This document shows, piece by piece, positions 8,840-17,847 of a stretch of 64,000 bases of DNA. The stretch's first letter is position 1; every line of letters starts with the position of its first letter. The stretch lies in contig JAKFBU010000026.1 in assembly GCA_036676985.1 (NCBI GenBank), positions 160,001 through 224,000 of the forward strand, written 5' to 3'. This DNA comes from Candidatus Sericytochromatia bacterium. Lineage in GTDB: Bacteria; Cyanobacteriota; Sericytochromatia; S15B-MN24; UBA4093. A model generated the notes under the pieces. The model worked only from the letters and a program-made list of their open reading frames with translations. It made no database searches and had not been told where the DNA came from. The position numbers and the translations under genes are program-made.

Positions 8840-10110
8840 TCGACGCGACCGCCTCCGCCGCCCCCGCGCTTTCGAAGAGACCGCCCATGCGCCTCCTGTT
8901 CGTCACGCCCTACTTCCCGCCCGAGGTGGGAGCCCCCCAGTCGCGCCTCTACGAGCTCGCCGTGCGCCTGGTGCGGCGCGGCCACGCGGTGACGGTCCTG
9001 ACGGGCTTTCCCAACTACCCGTCGGGCGTGATCCCCCCCGAGTACCGGGGCAAGCGCCGCATGGACGAGGACATGGACGGCATCCGGGTGGTCCGCACCT
9101 GGATCTACGCCACGCCCAACCGCGGCTTCCTCAAGCGCATCCTCAACCACCTCTCCTTCATGGTGAGCGCCACCTGGACCGGGCTCGGCCTCGGCAAGAC
9201 GGACGCCCTCTTCGTGGAGAGCCCGCCCCTCTTCGACGGCCTGGCGGGCTGGGTGCTGTCGGTCGCCAAGCGCGCGCCCATGGTCTTCAACGTCGCCGAC
9301 CTCTGGCCCCAGTCGGCCGTGGAGCTCGGCATGGTCAAGAACCCGTTCCTCATCAAGGTGGCCGAGGGCATCGAGGAGTTCATCTACGCCCGCTCGGCCC
9401 GCATCGCGGCCGTCACGCGCGGCATCGAGCGCATCCTCGGCGAGCGGGGCTTCAGCCAGACGGTCTTCCTTCCGAACGGGGTGGACCTGGACCTCTTCAA
9501 GCCCGGCGATTCGGGGGCGGCGTTCCGGGCCCGGCACGGGCTGGAAGACCGCTTCCTCGTGGTCTACGCGGGCACCCACGGCCTCTCGCAGGGCCTGGAG
9601 GTGCTGGTCGAGGCCGGCCGGATCCTGGAGGCCAAGGGACTGCCCGTCACCTTCCTCCTGGTGGGCGACGGCTCCGAGAAGCCGCGCCTCATGGACCTCG
9701 CCAGGGGCGTTTCGGCGGTGCGGTTCCTCGACTCGCTGCCCAAGCGCGAGATCCCCGAGGTGGTGGCCGCCGCGGACGTCTACGCCGTGACGCTGAAGGA
9801 CCTGCCGCTCTTCCGGGGCGCGGTGCCCTCCAAGCTCTACGAGGCCATGTCGGCCGCCAAGCCCGTGGTGCTCGCCGCCTACGGCGAGGCCCCCGCCCTC
9901 TTGGCCGAGGCCGACGCGGGCCTGTCGGTGCCCCCCGAGAACCCGCCGGCCTTCGCCGAGGCCGTCGAGCGCCTCATGAACGACCCCGAGCTCGGACGCC
10001 GGCTCGGCGCCAACGGGCGTCGCCTGGTCGAGGAGCGCTACGACCGGGAGAAGCTCGCGGATCGCTTCGAGGCCGCGCTACAGGAGATCGTCCCCCATGC
10101 CGTCGGATGA
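8836..10110 (+). CDS. Glycosyltransferase family 4 (WbuB/Cap5L-like)
   Basis: 'YFPPEVGA', 'TGFPNYPSG', 'DLWP', 'PSKLYEAM'; ATGA overlap with upstream gene. Confidence 0.9.
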   Translation: MIDATASAAPALSKRPPMRLLFVTPYFPPEVGAPQSRLYELAVRLVRRGHAVTVLTGFPNYPSGVIPPEYRGKRRMDEDMDGIRVVRTWIYATPNRGFLKRILNHLSFMVSATWTGLGLGKTDALFVESPPLFDGLAGWVLSVAKRAPMVFNVADLWPQSAVELGMVKNPFLIKVAEGIEEFIYARSARIAAVTRGIERILGERGFSQTVFLPNGVDLDLFKPGDSGAAFRARHGLEDRFLVVYAGTHGLSQGLEVLVEAGRILEAKGLPVTFLLVGDGSEKPRLMDLARGVSAVRFLDSLPKREIPEVVAAADVYAVTLKDLPLFRGAVPSKLYEAMSAAKPVVLAAYGEAPALLAEADAGLSVPPENPPAFAEAVERLMNDPELGRRLGANGRRLVEERYDREKLADRFEAALQEIVPHAVG

Positions 10111-10807
10111 GGTCGAGCGCATCCAGCGCGTCTACTCCGAGCGGGAGCGCAGCCTGCCCGCCGATCGCTACTCGTTCATGCGCTCGGGCAACCTGTACCG
10201 GGCCCAACGCCGCGAGCGGGCGCTCTTGGACCTCTTGGTGGCCGAGGGCTTCGAGGACCTCTCGGAGGCGACTGTCCTGGACGTGGGCTGCGGCACGGGC
10301 GACGACCTGCGCCAGCTCATCCGCTACGGGGCGAGCTCCGAGCGGGTCGTGGGCGTCGACGTGCTCACGGAGCGGCTCTCCCGGGCCCGGGACCTGTCGC
10401 CCCACATGCGCTTCGAGCTCATCGACGGCACGGCCCTGCCCTTTCCCGACGCGACGTTCGACCTGGTCATGCAGGCCACCGTCTTCTCGTCCATCCTCGA
10501 CCCCCACGTGCAGGAGCGGCTCGCCCAGGAGATGCGGCGCGTCGTCAAGCCCCTGGGGATGATCGTGTGGTACGATATGCGGGTCACCGACCCCCGAAAC
10601 CGGGATCTGGTGCCGATGAGCGGGGATCGCGTCCGCGCCCTCTTCCCCGACTGCGACGTGCGCCTGCACGCGACCACGCTCATGCCACCTCTCGCGCGCC
10701 GGCTGGCTCCTTTCAGCTGGACGCTCTGCCGGGCCCTCGAGGCGATTCCCGCCCTGCGCGGCCACTACCTGGGAGCGATCAGACCGCATGGAACGGCTCG
10801 TCCGTAA
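10097..10807 (+). CDS. Class I SAM-dependent methyltransferase
   Basis: 'VLDVGCGTG', 'LPFPDATFDLV'. Confidence 0.85.
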   Translation: MPSDEVERIQRVYSERERSLPADRYSFMRSGNLYRAQRRERALLDLLVAEGFEDLSEATVLDVGCGTGDDLRQLIRYGASSERVVGVDVLTERLSRARDLSPHMRFELIDGTALPFPDATFDLVMQATVFSSILDPHVQERLAQEMRRVVKPLGMIVWYDMRVTDPRNRDLVPMSGDRVRALFPDCDVRLHATTLMPPLARRLAPFSWTLCRALEAIPALRGHYLGAIRPHGTARP

Positions 10808-12653
10808 CCTAAGACCCCTCGTCCCGATCCTCGACCTGGCGGTCGCTGCCCTCGCCTACTGGCTCGGGTTCTACCTGCGTTTCGACGGGGTCTTCCCGGA
10901 CGCCCACCTCACCCAGTTCTGGACCTTCTTCATCGTCATGCCCTTGATCCGGGTAGCGGCGAACGGCTTGTGGGGCCTCTACCGCCACGTGTGGCGCTAC
11001 ATCGGCGTGCGCGAGGCCATGGCCATCACGCTCGCCGTGACCACGGGCAGCGCCATCTTCTCCCTCCTGCTCTACGCCACCTCCAACGCTAGCTTCCCGC
11101 GCTCGGTCGTGTTCATCGAGGCGCTCCTGAGCCTGCTCCTCCTGGGCGGCGTGCGCTTCGCCATGCGCTTCTGGGCCGAGATGGGCCCGGCGCCGAAGTC
11201 GACCGCCGCCACCCGCACCCTCGTGGTGGGGGCGGGCGATGCGGGCGAGATGCTCGTCCGCGACATGGTGCGCCACCCCGATCGGGGCCTCCTGCCGGTC
11301 GGCTTCGTGGACGATCGGCCCGAGAAGCGCGGCCTGCGCATCCACGGCGTGGAGGTGCTGGGCACGCGCCACGACCTGCCCGCCCTGGTCGAGCGCCTCA
11401 AGGCGGACCTCGTCGTGGTGGCCATGCCGAGCGCGCCCCAGCGGGACCAGAAGGAGATCCTGCGGCTCGCCACTGCGACCCCCGCGCGGGTCCAGATCAT
11501 CCCGGCCCTGCACGAGATCCTGCGCGGGACCGTCTCCATCAGCCAGCTGCGCGACATCTCCATCGAGGACCTCCTGGGCCGCGACCCGGTGGTGGTCGAC
11601 GCGGAGCTGTTGACCTACCTCATGGGCCGCCGGGTGCTCGTCTCGGGTGCGGGCGGGTCCATCGGCTCCGAGCTGTGCCGCCAGGTGGCCGCCCAGGGGC
11701 CCGAGCGCCTGGTGCTCTTCGACCACGCCGAGAACCTCATCTACCAGATCGAGCAGGAGCTCTCGGGGCGCCATCCGGACCTGAACCTGGTGCCCGTCAT
11801 CGGGGACATGCGCGATCGGGTCCGGGTGGAGGCCGTCTTCGCCGAGCACCGCCCCGAGGTGGTGCTGCACGCGGCCGCGCACAAGCACGTGCCCCTCATG
11901 GAGCACAACCCCGTCGAGGCGGCCGCCAACAACGTGCTCGGCACCCGCAACCTGGTCCAGGTCGCGGACGAGACGGGGGTCGCGTACTTCGTCGTCATCT
12001 CGACGGACAAGGCCGTGCGGCCCACCTCGGTGATGGGCAAGACCAAGCGCCTGAGCGAGCTGGTGGTCCAGGACGTGGCCGCCCGGAGCCAGACCAAGTT
12101 CGTGGCGGTGCGCTTCGGCAACGTGCTCGGCTCCAGCGGCAGCGTGGTGCCCCTCTTCCGCAAGCAGATCGCCCAGGGCGGCCCCATCACGGTCACGCAC
12201 CCGGAGATGACGCGCTACTTCATGACCATCCCCGAGGCCGTGACGCTGGTGCTGCAGGCGGCCACCCTCGGCCATTCGGGCGAGGTCCTGATGCTCGACA
12301 TGGGCGAGCCCGTGAAGATCCTCGACCTCGCGCGCAACATGATCAAGCTCTCGGGCCTCACCGAAGACGACGTGGAGATCGTCTTCAGCGGCATCCGCCC
12401 GGGCGAGAAGCTCTTCGAGGAGCTGCTCATCACCTCGGAAGGAACCCGGCCCACCGAGCATCCCCAGGTCTTCGCGGCCAAGGCTCCCCTGCCGCCCGAG
12501 CCCACGTGGTGGTCGGGCGTGCTCGGGGATCTGTCGGAGGCCATCCGCAGCCAGGACGGCCCGGTGGTCCGCCGCATCCTCGACTCCGTCATCGAGCGGG
12601 ACGGCCCCGCGCCCGCCGAGCGTCCCACCACGTCCGAACTGCGCCCGTCCTAG
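10788..12653 (+). CDS. UDP-GlcNAc 4,6-dehydratase (PglF/CapD/WbpM family)
   Basis: N-terminal TMs, 'GAGGSIGSELCRQ', 'HAAAHKHVP', 'STDKAV', 'VRFGNVLGSSGSV'. Confidence 0.93.
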   Translation: MERLVRNLRPLVPILDLAVAALAYWLGFYLRFDGVFPDAHLTQFWTFFIVMPLIRVAANGLWGLYRHVWRYIGVREAMAITLAVTTGSAIFSLLLYATSNASFPRSVVFIEALLSLLLLGGVRFAMRFWAEMGPAPKSTAATRTLVVGAGDAGEMLVRDMVRHPDRGLLPVGFVDDRPEKRGLRIHGVEVLGTRHDLPALVERLKADLVVVAMPSAPQRDQKEILRLATATPARVQIIPALHEILRGTVSISQLRDISIEDLLGRDPVVVDAELLTYLMGRRVLVSGAGGSIGSELCRQVAAQGPERLVLFDHAENLIYQIEQELSGRHPDLNLVPVIGDMRDRVRVEAVFAEHRPEVVLHAAAHKHVPLMEHNPVEAAANNVLGTRNLVQVADETGVAYFVVISTDKAVRPTSVMGKTKRLSELVVQDVAARSQTKFVAVRFGNVLGSSGSVVPLFRKQIAQGGPITVTHPEMTRYFMTIPEAVTLVLQAATLGHSGEVLMLDMGEPVKILDLARNMIKLSGLTEDDVEIVFSGIRPGEKLFEELLITSEGTRPTEHPQVFAAKAPLPPEPTWWSGVLGDLSEAIRSQDGPVVRRILDSVIERDGPAPAERPTTSELRPS

Positions 12654-12667
12654 TCCCCACAACCCTT

Positions 12668-12705
12668 CCGTTCGCCTTGAGCCTGGTCGAAAGGTGAACG
12701 GTTCC
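12668..12705. repeat. REP-like palindrome family B, copy 1
   Basis: CCGTTCGCCTTGAGCCTGGTCGAAAGGTGAACGGTTCC; its reverse complement closely matches 33256-33293. Confidence 0.7.
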
Positions 12706-12716
12706 TTGGAGGCCCC

Positions 12717-13895
12717 ATGCTGGAGACGACCCACGAGACCATTCCCTTCGCCCTGCCGCTGGTCGGCGAGGAGGAGATCCAGGCGGTGACCGAGGTCCTG
12801 CGGAGCGGCTGGTTGACGACCGGGCCCAAGACCAAGGAGTTCGAGGCGGCGATCGCCTCCTACGTGGGAGCCCCGCACGCCATCGCCCTCAACTCCTGCA
12901 CCGCCGCCCTGCACCTGGCCCATGCCGTCACGGGCGTGGGCCCCGGCGACGAGGTGGTGACGACCCCCCTCACCTTCTGCGCGACCCTGAACACGGTCAT
13001 GCACGTGGGGGCCAAGCCGGTGCTCGCGGACGTGGATCCCCTGAGCCTCAACCTGTCGGCCGAGGGCGTGGAGCGGGTGCTCACGGCCGACACCAAGGCC
13101 GTGGTGCCCGTGCACTACGCGGGCAACCCGGTGGACCTGGATCCGCTCATGGAGCTTTCGCGCGCCAAGGGCCTGATGGTCACGGACGACGCGGCGCATG
13201 CCATCGGCACCAAGTACAAGGGCCAGCTGGTGGGGGCGCTGACGGACTTCACGGCCTTCTCGTTCTATGCGACCAAGAACCTCGCGACGGGCGAGGGCGG
13301 CATGCTGACGACCCGGCATGCGGAGCTTGCCGACCGCGCGCGGGTGATGGGCCTGCACGGCATGAGCCGCGACGCGTGGAAGCGCTACAGCGGCGCGGGC
13401 AGCTGGTTCTACCAGGTCGAGGAGGCCGGCTTCAAGTACAACATGACGGACCTCGCGGCGGTGATCGGGCTCGCGCAGCTGGCGCGGTTCGAGGCCATGC
13501 AGGCGCGCCGCGAGGCGATCGTGGCGCGCTACATGGAGGCCTTCGCGGGGCATCCGGCCCTGCAGCTGCCGCCCGTGGCGGACGCGGCCCGCGGGGACGT
13601 CCATGCCTGGCACCTGTACGTGCTGCGGATCCGCCCCGAGGCCCTGACCATCGGACGGGACCAGTTCATCGAGGAGCTGAAGGCGCTCGGGGTGCTGACG
13701 TCGGTGCACTTCATCCCGGCGTCGTACCACCCGATCTACCAGCGGGAGCTCGGGCTGAAGCCCGGGGACTTCCCGGTGGCCGAGGACGCCTACCTCCGGA
13801 TGGTCTCGCTGCCGCTCTACCCGGGCCTCACCGACGCCCAGGTGGAGGCCGTGTGCGAGCGGGTGCTCGCGGTGGCCGAGCGGTTCCGCCGCTAA
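12717..13895 (+). CDS. DegT/DnrJ/EryC1/StrS PLP-dependent sugar aminotransferase
   Basis: 'SGWLTTGP', 'DAAHA', 'FSFYATKNLATGEGG'. Confidence 0.93.
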   Translation: MLETTHETIPFALPLVGEEEIQAVTEVLRSGWLTTGPKTKEFEAAIASYVGAPHAIALNSCTAALHLAHAVTGVGPGDEVVTTPLTFCATLNTVMHVGAKPVLADVDPLSLNLSAEGVERVLTADTKAVVPVHYAGNPVDLDPLMELSRAKGLMVTDDAAHAIGTKYKGQLVGALTDFTAFSFYATKNLATGEGGMLTTRHAELADRARVMGLHGMSRDAWKRYSGAGSWFYQVEEAGFKYNMTDLAAVIGLAQLARFEAMQARREAIVARYMEAFAGHPALQLPPVADAARGDVHAWHLYVLRIRPEALTIGRDQFIEELKALGVLTSVHFIPASYHPIYQRELGLKPGDFPVAEDAYLRMVSLPLYPGLTDAQVEAVCERVLAVAERFRR

Positions 13896-14467
13896 TGTAC
13901 CGGGCGATCAAGCGACTGGTCGACATCCTGGGGGCGCTGGCGCTCCTGGTGGTGCTCGGGCCGATCATGATCCTGGCGGCGATCGCCATCCCCCTCGACT
14001 CGCCGGGCAGCCCCCTCTTCACCCAGGCGCGCGTGGGCCGGGGCGGCCGCCCCTTCCGGATCTACAAGTTCCGCTCCATGCGCCCGGACGCCCCGAGCGC
14101 CGGCCCCGTCCTCACGCAGGTGGGCGACCCGCGCATCACCCGGCTCGGGCGCTTCCTGCGCCGGACCTCCATCGACGAGTTCCCGCAGCTCTTCAACATT
14201 CTCAAGGGCGACATGAGCTTCATCGGGCCCCGGCCCGAGGTGCCCTCCATCGTCGAGGCCGAGTGGAGCGAGGACGACAAGGCCAAGGTCCTCTCGGTGC
14301 TGCCGGGGCTTTCCGGCTGGGCCCAGATCCACGGGCGCGACGACCTGGACATCCCCACCAAGCTCCGCTTCGACCGCGAGTACTCCGAGCGGATCTCGCC
14401 CTGGCTCGACCTCCAGATCCTCGTCCGCACCCCGCTCCTCCTGCTCACCGGGCGCGGCATCAAGTAA
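13895..14467 (+). CDS. Monotopic phosphoglycosyl transferase (PglC-like initiating sugar transferase)
   Basis: 'KRLVDI', 'YKFRSM', 'DPRIT..GRFLR', 'DEFPQL', 'MSFIGPRP'; TAATG coupling. Confidence 0.92.
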   Translation: MYRAIKRLVDILGALALLVVLGPIMILAAIAIPLDSPGSPLFTQARVGRGGRPFRIYKFRSMRPDAPSAGPVLTQVGDPRITRLGRFLRRTSIDEFPQLFNILKGDMSFIGPRPEVPSIVEAEWSEDDKAKVLSVLPGLSGWAQIHGRDDLDIPTKLRFDREYSERISPWLDLQILVRTPLLLLTGRGIK

Positions 14468-14499
14468 AAAGGCCCGGCACCCCAGGGTGCCGGGCCTTT
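14468..14499. terminator. Bidirectional terminator between the convergent glycan operons
   Basis: AAAGGCCCGGCACCC-ca-GGGTGCCGGGCCTTT. Confidence 0.8.
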
Positions 14500-14502
14500 C
14501 CC

Positions 14503-16020
14503 TCACTCCGCCTCGATGGCCGGCGCCCGCCGCCCGAAGGGCAGCTTGGCCCGAACGGCTCCGATGAGCGCTCGATCCTCCGGCGTGAGCATGCCCGCGC
14601 CCGTGAGCGTCATGACAAAGGCCACGAGCCCCACCAGGGGCCCCAGGAAGAGGGCCACCAGGGGCGGCGTCCAGTGGGTCACGGCGTAGACCGGCACCCC
14701 CATCACCAGCGCCGCCATCAGGATCTGCAGCACCACGGCCACCGGAGCCCGGGCCCCGATCTTGTCGTGCGCGGCCCGCAGGCCCGGCAGGAGGCTCGCG
14801 AGCTGGGCCGCGGCACAGCTCGCCACCGCCCCCCACGCCCCGAAGCGCGGGATCAAGAGGAAGCCCATCAGGACGTTGAGCGCCGAGATCCAGAGCCCGA
14901 TCTTCACGAGCCGCGTCTGGCCGTCGGTCGCATACAGCACGCTCGAGGCCGGAAAGCCGTAGATCATCACGAGCGCGTTGGCCGCGAGCAGCACGCCCAA
15001 GAGGGCCGCCACGGGCTCGTAGCCCGGGCCGTAGAGGACGTTCACCAGGGCCGGCGCGACGAGGGCTCCGCCCACGGCCACCGGCAGGGCCAGCATGGCC
15101 ATGTACCGGCAGCTCAGGGCGAAGATGCGCCGCACGCCCTCCGCGTCGCCGGCCCCCACCGAGCGCGAGAGGTTCGGGATCAACAGCCCGATCAGCGTCC
15201 CGGGGATGAGCTTCATGGCCATGTTGGCGAGCGTGAAGGCCATGCCGTAGAAGGCGACCTCCTTGGCCGGAGCGTAGGCCCCGAGGAAGAAGACCTCCGA
15301 GCGCTGCCAGACGATGGCGTCCAGCATCAGCATCACGAAGACCGGCCCCTGGTAGGTCCGCATGGCGCGCATGTGCTCGGGCGTGAGCGTGGCCCGGTAC
15401 CAGTCCGGCCGCCAGCGGGTCAGGAGGATCATGTAGGCGAGCGCGCCGATGCCCGCGCTGAAGCCCGTCGCGGACAGCAATCCGACGATGCCCCAGCCGT
15501 TGACGATGGCGACGCCCGTGCCCGCGAGCGTGCAGCCCACGGTGATGCCCGTGACGAGCGCCACCTGGTCGTAGCGCTGCAACGCCTGGCAGGCCGCCAT
15601 GTAGAGCGAGACGAGCGCCGTCGGGATGACGGCCACGGCGCCCGCCATGAGCGCGAGCCCCAGGTCCGGCTCGTTGAAGTGGCGCGTGGCCCAGGGGGCC
15701 GCCAGGATGAGCAGCCCCGAGACCAAAAAGCCGAACACGAGCACCTGGCGGCTCGAGAAGGCGAGCACGCCCGCGGCCTCGGCGGGATCGTCGCGCCCCA
15801 GGCTCTCGGCCATGTACTTCATGGTGGCCGTGACGTAGCCCAGGTTGGCGAAGAGCCCGGCGATGCCGATGAGCCAGGTCAAGAGGGTGTAGTGGCCCAT
15901 GCCGTCCGGGGACAGCACGCGGGCCACCAGGGCCGTGACGCCCACCCCCAATAAGGAGGTGAGCGCGATGGTCACGAAGTTGAAGAGGGTGTGGCGGGCG
16001 ACCTTAGTCGGTGCAGGCAT
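14503..16020 (-). CDS. Wzx-like oligosaccharide flippase
   Basis: Polysaccharide biosynthesis pattern 'ARVLSP.GMG.Y', 12-14 TMs, 'LIPRFGAWGA'. Confidence 0.88.
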   Translation of the reverse strand: MPAPTKVARHTLFNFVTIALTSLLGVGVTALVARVLSPDGMGHYTLLTWLIGIAGLFANLGYVTATMKYMAESLGRDDPAEAAGVLAFSSRQVLVFGFLVSGLLILAAPWATRHFNEPDLGLALMAGAVAVIPTALVSLYMAACQALQRYDQVALVTGITVGCTLAGTGVAIVNGWGIVGLLSATGFSAGIGALAYMILLTRWRPDWYRATLTPEHMRAMRTYQGPVFVMLMLDAIVWQRSEVFFLGAYAPAKEVAFYGMAFTLANMAMKLIPGTLIGLLIPNLSRSVGAGDAEGVRRIFALSCRYMAMLALPVAVGGALVAPALVNVLYGPGYEPVAALLGVLLAANALVMIYGFPASSVLYATDGQTRLVKIGLWISALNVLMGFLLIPRFGAWGAVASCAAAQLASLLPGLRAAHDKIGARAPVAVVLQILMAALVMGVPVYAVTHWTPPLVALFLGPLVGLVAFVMTLTGAGMLTPEDRALIGAVRAKLPFGRRAPAIEAE

Positions 16021-16621
16021 AGGACCTCTCGTCGATGGGGAGCTGCTGGATGACGCGGGCGGGCACTCCGGCGAGCACGCAGCCCGCGGGGAAGGAGCGG
16101 GTGACGACGGCGTTGGCCCCGACCACGCACCCGTCGCCCAAGGAGACGCCCTTGAGCAGGGTGACGCCGGCGCCGAGCCAGACGTTGTTGCCGAGCCGGA
16201 TGGTCGAGACCCGGTAGCCCTGATCGGCCACCGGCACGTCCGGATGCTCGAAGCGGTGGTCGTGGTCGCGGATGCTCACGCGCTCGGCCAGGAGGCAGTC
16301 ATCCCCGATGATGACCTCCTCGAAGACGGACAGCGTCGACCAGGCCCCGATGAGGACGCGCTTGCCGATGGTGAGCTTGCCGTCCACCTTGAGCTCGGCG
16401 CCCGTGCGGATGGTGCTCATCTCGCCGACGCGCACCCGGCCCGTCGAGCCGATCCGCCAGATGACGCCACGCTCGACCCGCGTGCCCTCGCCAATCGTCA
16501 GGCGATCGCCGAGCTCCGCCTGCAGGAGCATGAGCTGCGCCCGGTCTCTCCAGGCGGCAACCCGGCGATCCCAGTAGGCGATGCCGGTGATGACAGGAAC
16601 CATGGGGGCGGGGATGTTCAT
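16004..16621 (-). CDS. Left-handed beta-helix O-acyltransferase
   Basis: Hexapeptide repeats, 'DHDH', 'VWLGAGV..LKGV..GDGCVVGANAVVT', 'AGVPAR'. Confidence 0.88.
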   Translation of the reverse strand: MNIPAPMVPVITGIAYWDRRVAAWRDRAQLMLLQAELGDRLTIGEGTRVERGVIWRIGSTGRVRVGEMSTIRTGAELKVDGKLTIGKRVLIGAWSTLSVFEEVIIGDDCLLAERVSIRDHDHRFEHPDVPVADQGYRVSTIRLGNNVWLGAGVTLLKGVSLGDGCVVGANAVVTRSFPAGCVLAGVPARVIQQLPIDERSYACTD

Positions 16622-17847
16622 GCAAGCGTCCTCCGACTAGGCGATGTGTGGGGGAACCGGGTGGCGATCGCCCGCCCGTAGCACTCCACGGTGCGCCGGG
16701 CGATCGCCGTGTTTTCGAAGGAGGTGGCCACGTGCTCCCGCGCGCGGCTGCCCATCATGCGGCGCATGGTGCCGTCTGACGCCATGCGCACGAGCATGCG
16801 CGCGAGGTCATGGGGATCCTCCGGTCGAACCAGAAAGCCGTGCCGTCCCTCCTCGACGATCTCGGGCACGCCGCCCGAGCGACAGCCGATGACAGGACGA
16901 CCGCAGGCCATGGCTTCGAGGTAGACGAGCCCGAAGGGCTCGAGGCGACTGGGCGCCACCAGGAAGTCGGAGCCGGCGTAGAGCGCGGGCAGCTCGCCGT
17001 GGGGCCGGGCCCCGAGCCAGTGCACCCGATCCGCGAGGCCCGCTGCGGAGAGCTCGGCCTCGAGCCGGTCGCGGAGGCTCCCGCCGCCGTCGGCCGTCTG
17101 GGTGTCCGCGCCCGCCACGGCCAGGTGCAGGTAGGGTACCTGCGCGCTCGCGGCCTGGAAGGCCGCCACCAGCGTGTCGATGCCCTTGCGCCGCTCGATG
17201 CGGCCCGCAAACAGGCCGAGCACGTGGTGGGCGGGCACGCCCAGGCGCTCCTTGAGATCGGCGCCGCGCCGCGGCTTGAAGCGCTCCAGGTCCACCCCCA
17301 GGGGCAGGACCTCGATCCGCGAGCGCGGGATGGCATAGTCTTCGGCCAAGGTGTCCGCCAGGCTGCGGCTGTTGGCGAGGAGCATGGCCGCGCGCCGCAG
17401 GGCCCGGGCCTCCAGGAAGGCGGCGAGCCGGGCGTCGGCCGTCATGGGCAGGCCGTTGAGGCGGCGCACCAGGGCGAGATGGGTGTGCAGGCGCAAGACC
17501 AGGGGCGGCAGGCCGCCCCGGTCCATGAAGAGCGCGCCTGCCATCCACTCGGGCACCTCGACCACGTCGAAGGGCCGCTCGGCGTGGAGGCTCCGGAGCG
17601 CACGCCCGGCAGCGACCGCCCAGGGCAGCATGCCCATGGTCACGCCCCAGAAGCGGTTGAAGGCGGGAAGCCGGTAGCTCCGGGGCACGTCGAGCCGGAC
17701 CTCGTCGGGCTCTTCGGGCTGGTCGGAGGAGGGCAGGAGGATCTGGACCTCATGCCCGAGGCCGCGTAGGCCTCGGGCGAGGTTCCCGGTATAGGTGCCG
17801 ATCCCCCCGACGCCGATGGGCTCGGGGGAGAGGAGGGCGACGCGCAT
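16618..17847 (-). CDS. Glycosyltransferase family 4
   Basis: 'GGIGTY', 'GRIERRKG', 'EPFGLVYLEAMACG'; TGATG coupling with the radical SAM gene. Confidence 0.9.
   Translation of the reverse strand: MRVALLSPEPIGVGGIGTYTGNLARGLRGLGHEVQILLPSSDQPEEPDEVRLDVPRSYRLPAFNRFWGVTMGMLPWAVAAGRALRSLHAERPFDVVEVPEWMAGALFMDRGGLPPLVLRLHTHLALVRRLNGLPMTADARLAAFLEARALRRAAMLLANSRSLADTLAEDYAIPRSRIEVLPLGVDLERFKPRRGADLKERLGVPAHHVLGLFAGRIERRKGIDTLVAAFQAASAQVPYLHLAVAGADTQTADGGGSLRDRLEAELSAAGLADRVHWLGARPHGELPALYAGSDFLVAPSRLEPFGLVYLEAMACGRPVIGCRSGGVPEIVEEGRHGFLVRPEDPHDLARMLVRMASDGTMRRMMGSRAREHVATSFENTAIARRTVECYGRAIATRFPHTSPSRRTLA

Noticed and set aside
10809-13730. Very long antisense and alternative-frame ORFs (for example 10809-13730, 17931-20777, 37307-39646, 45628-47655)
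   Set aside because: Shadow ORFs from high GC3 opposite well-supported genes, with no recognisable motifs
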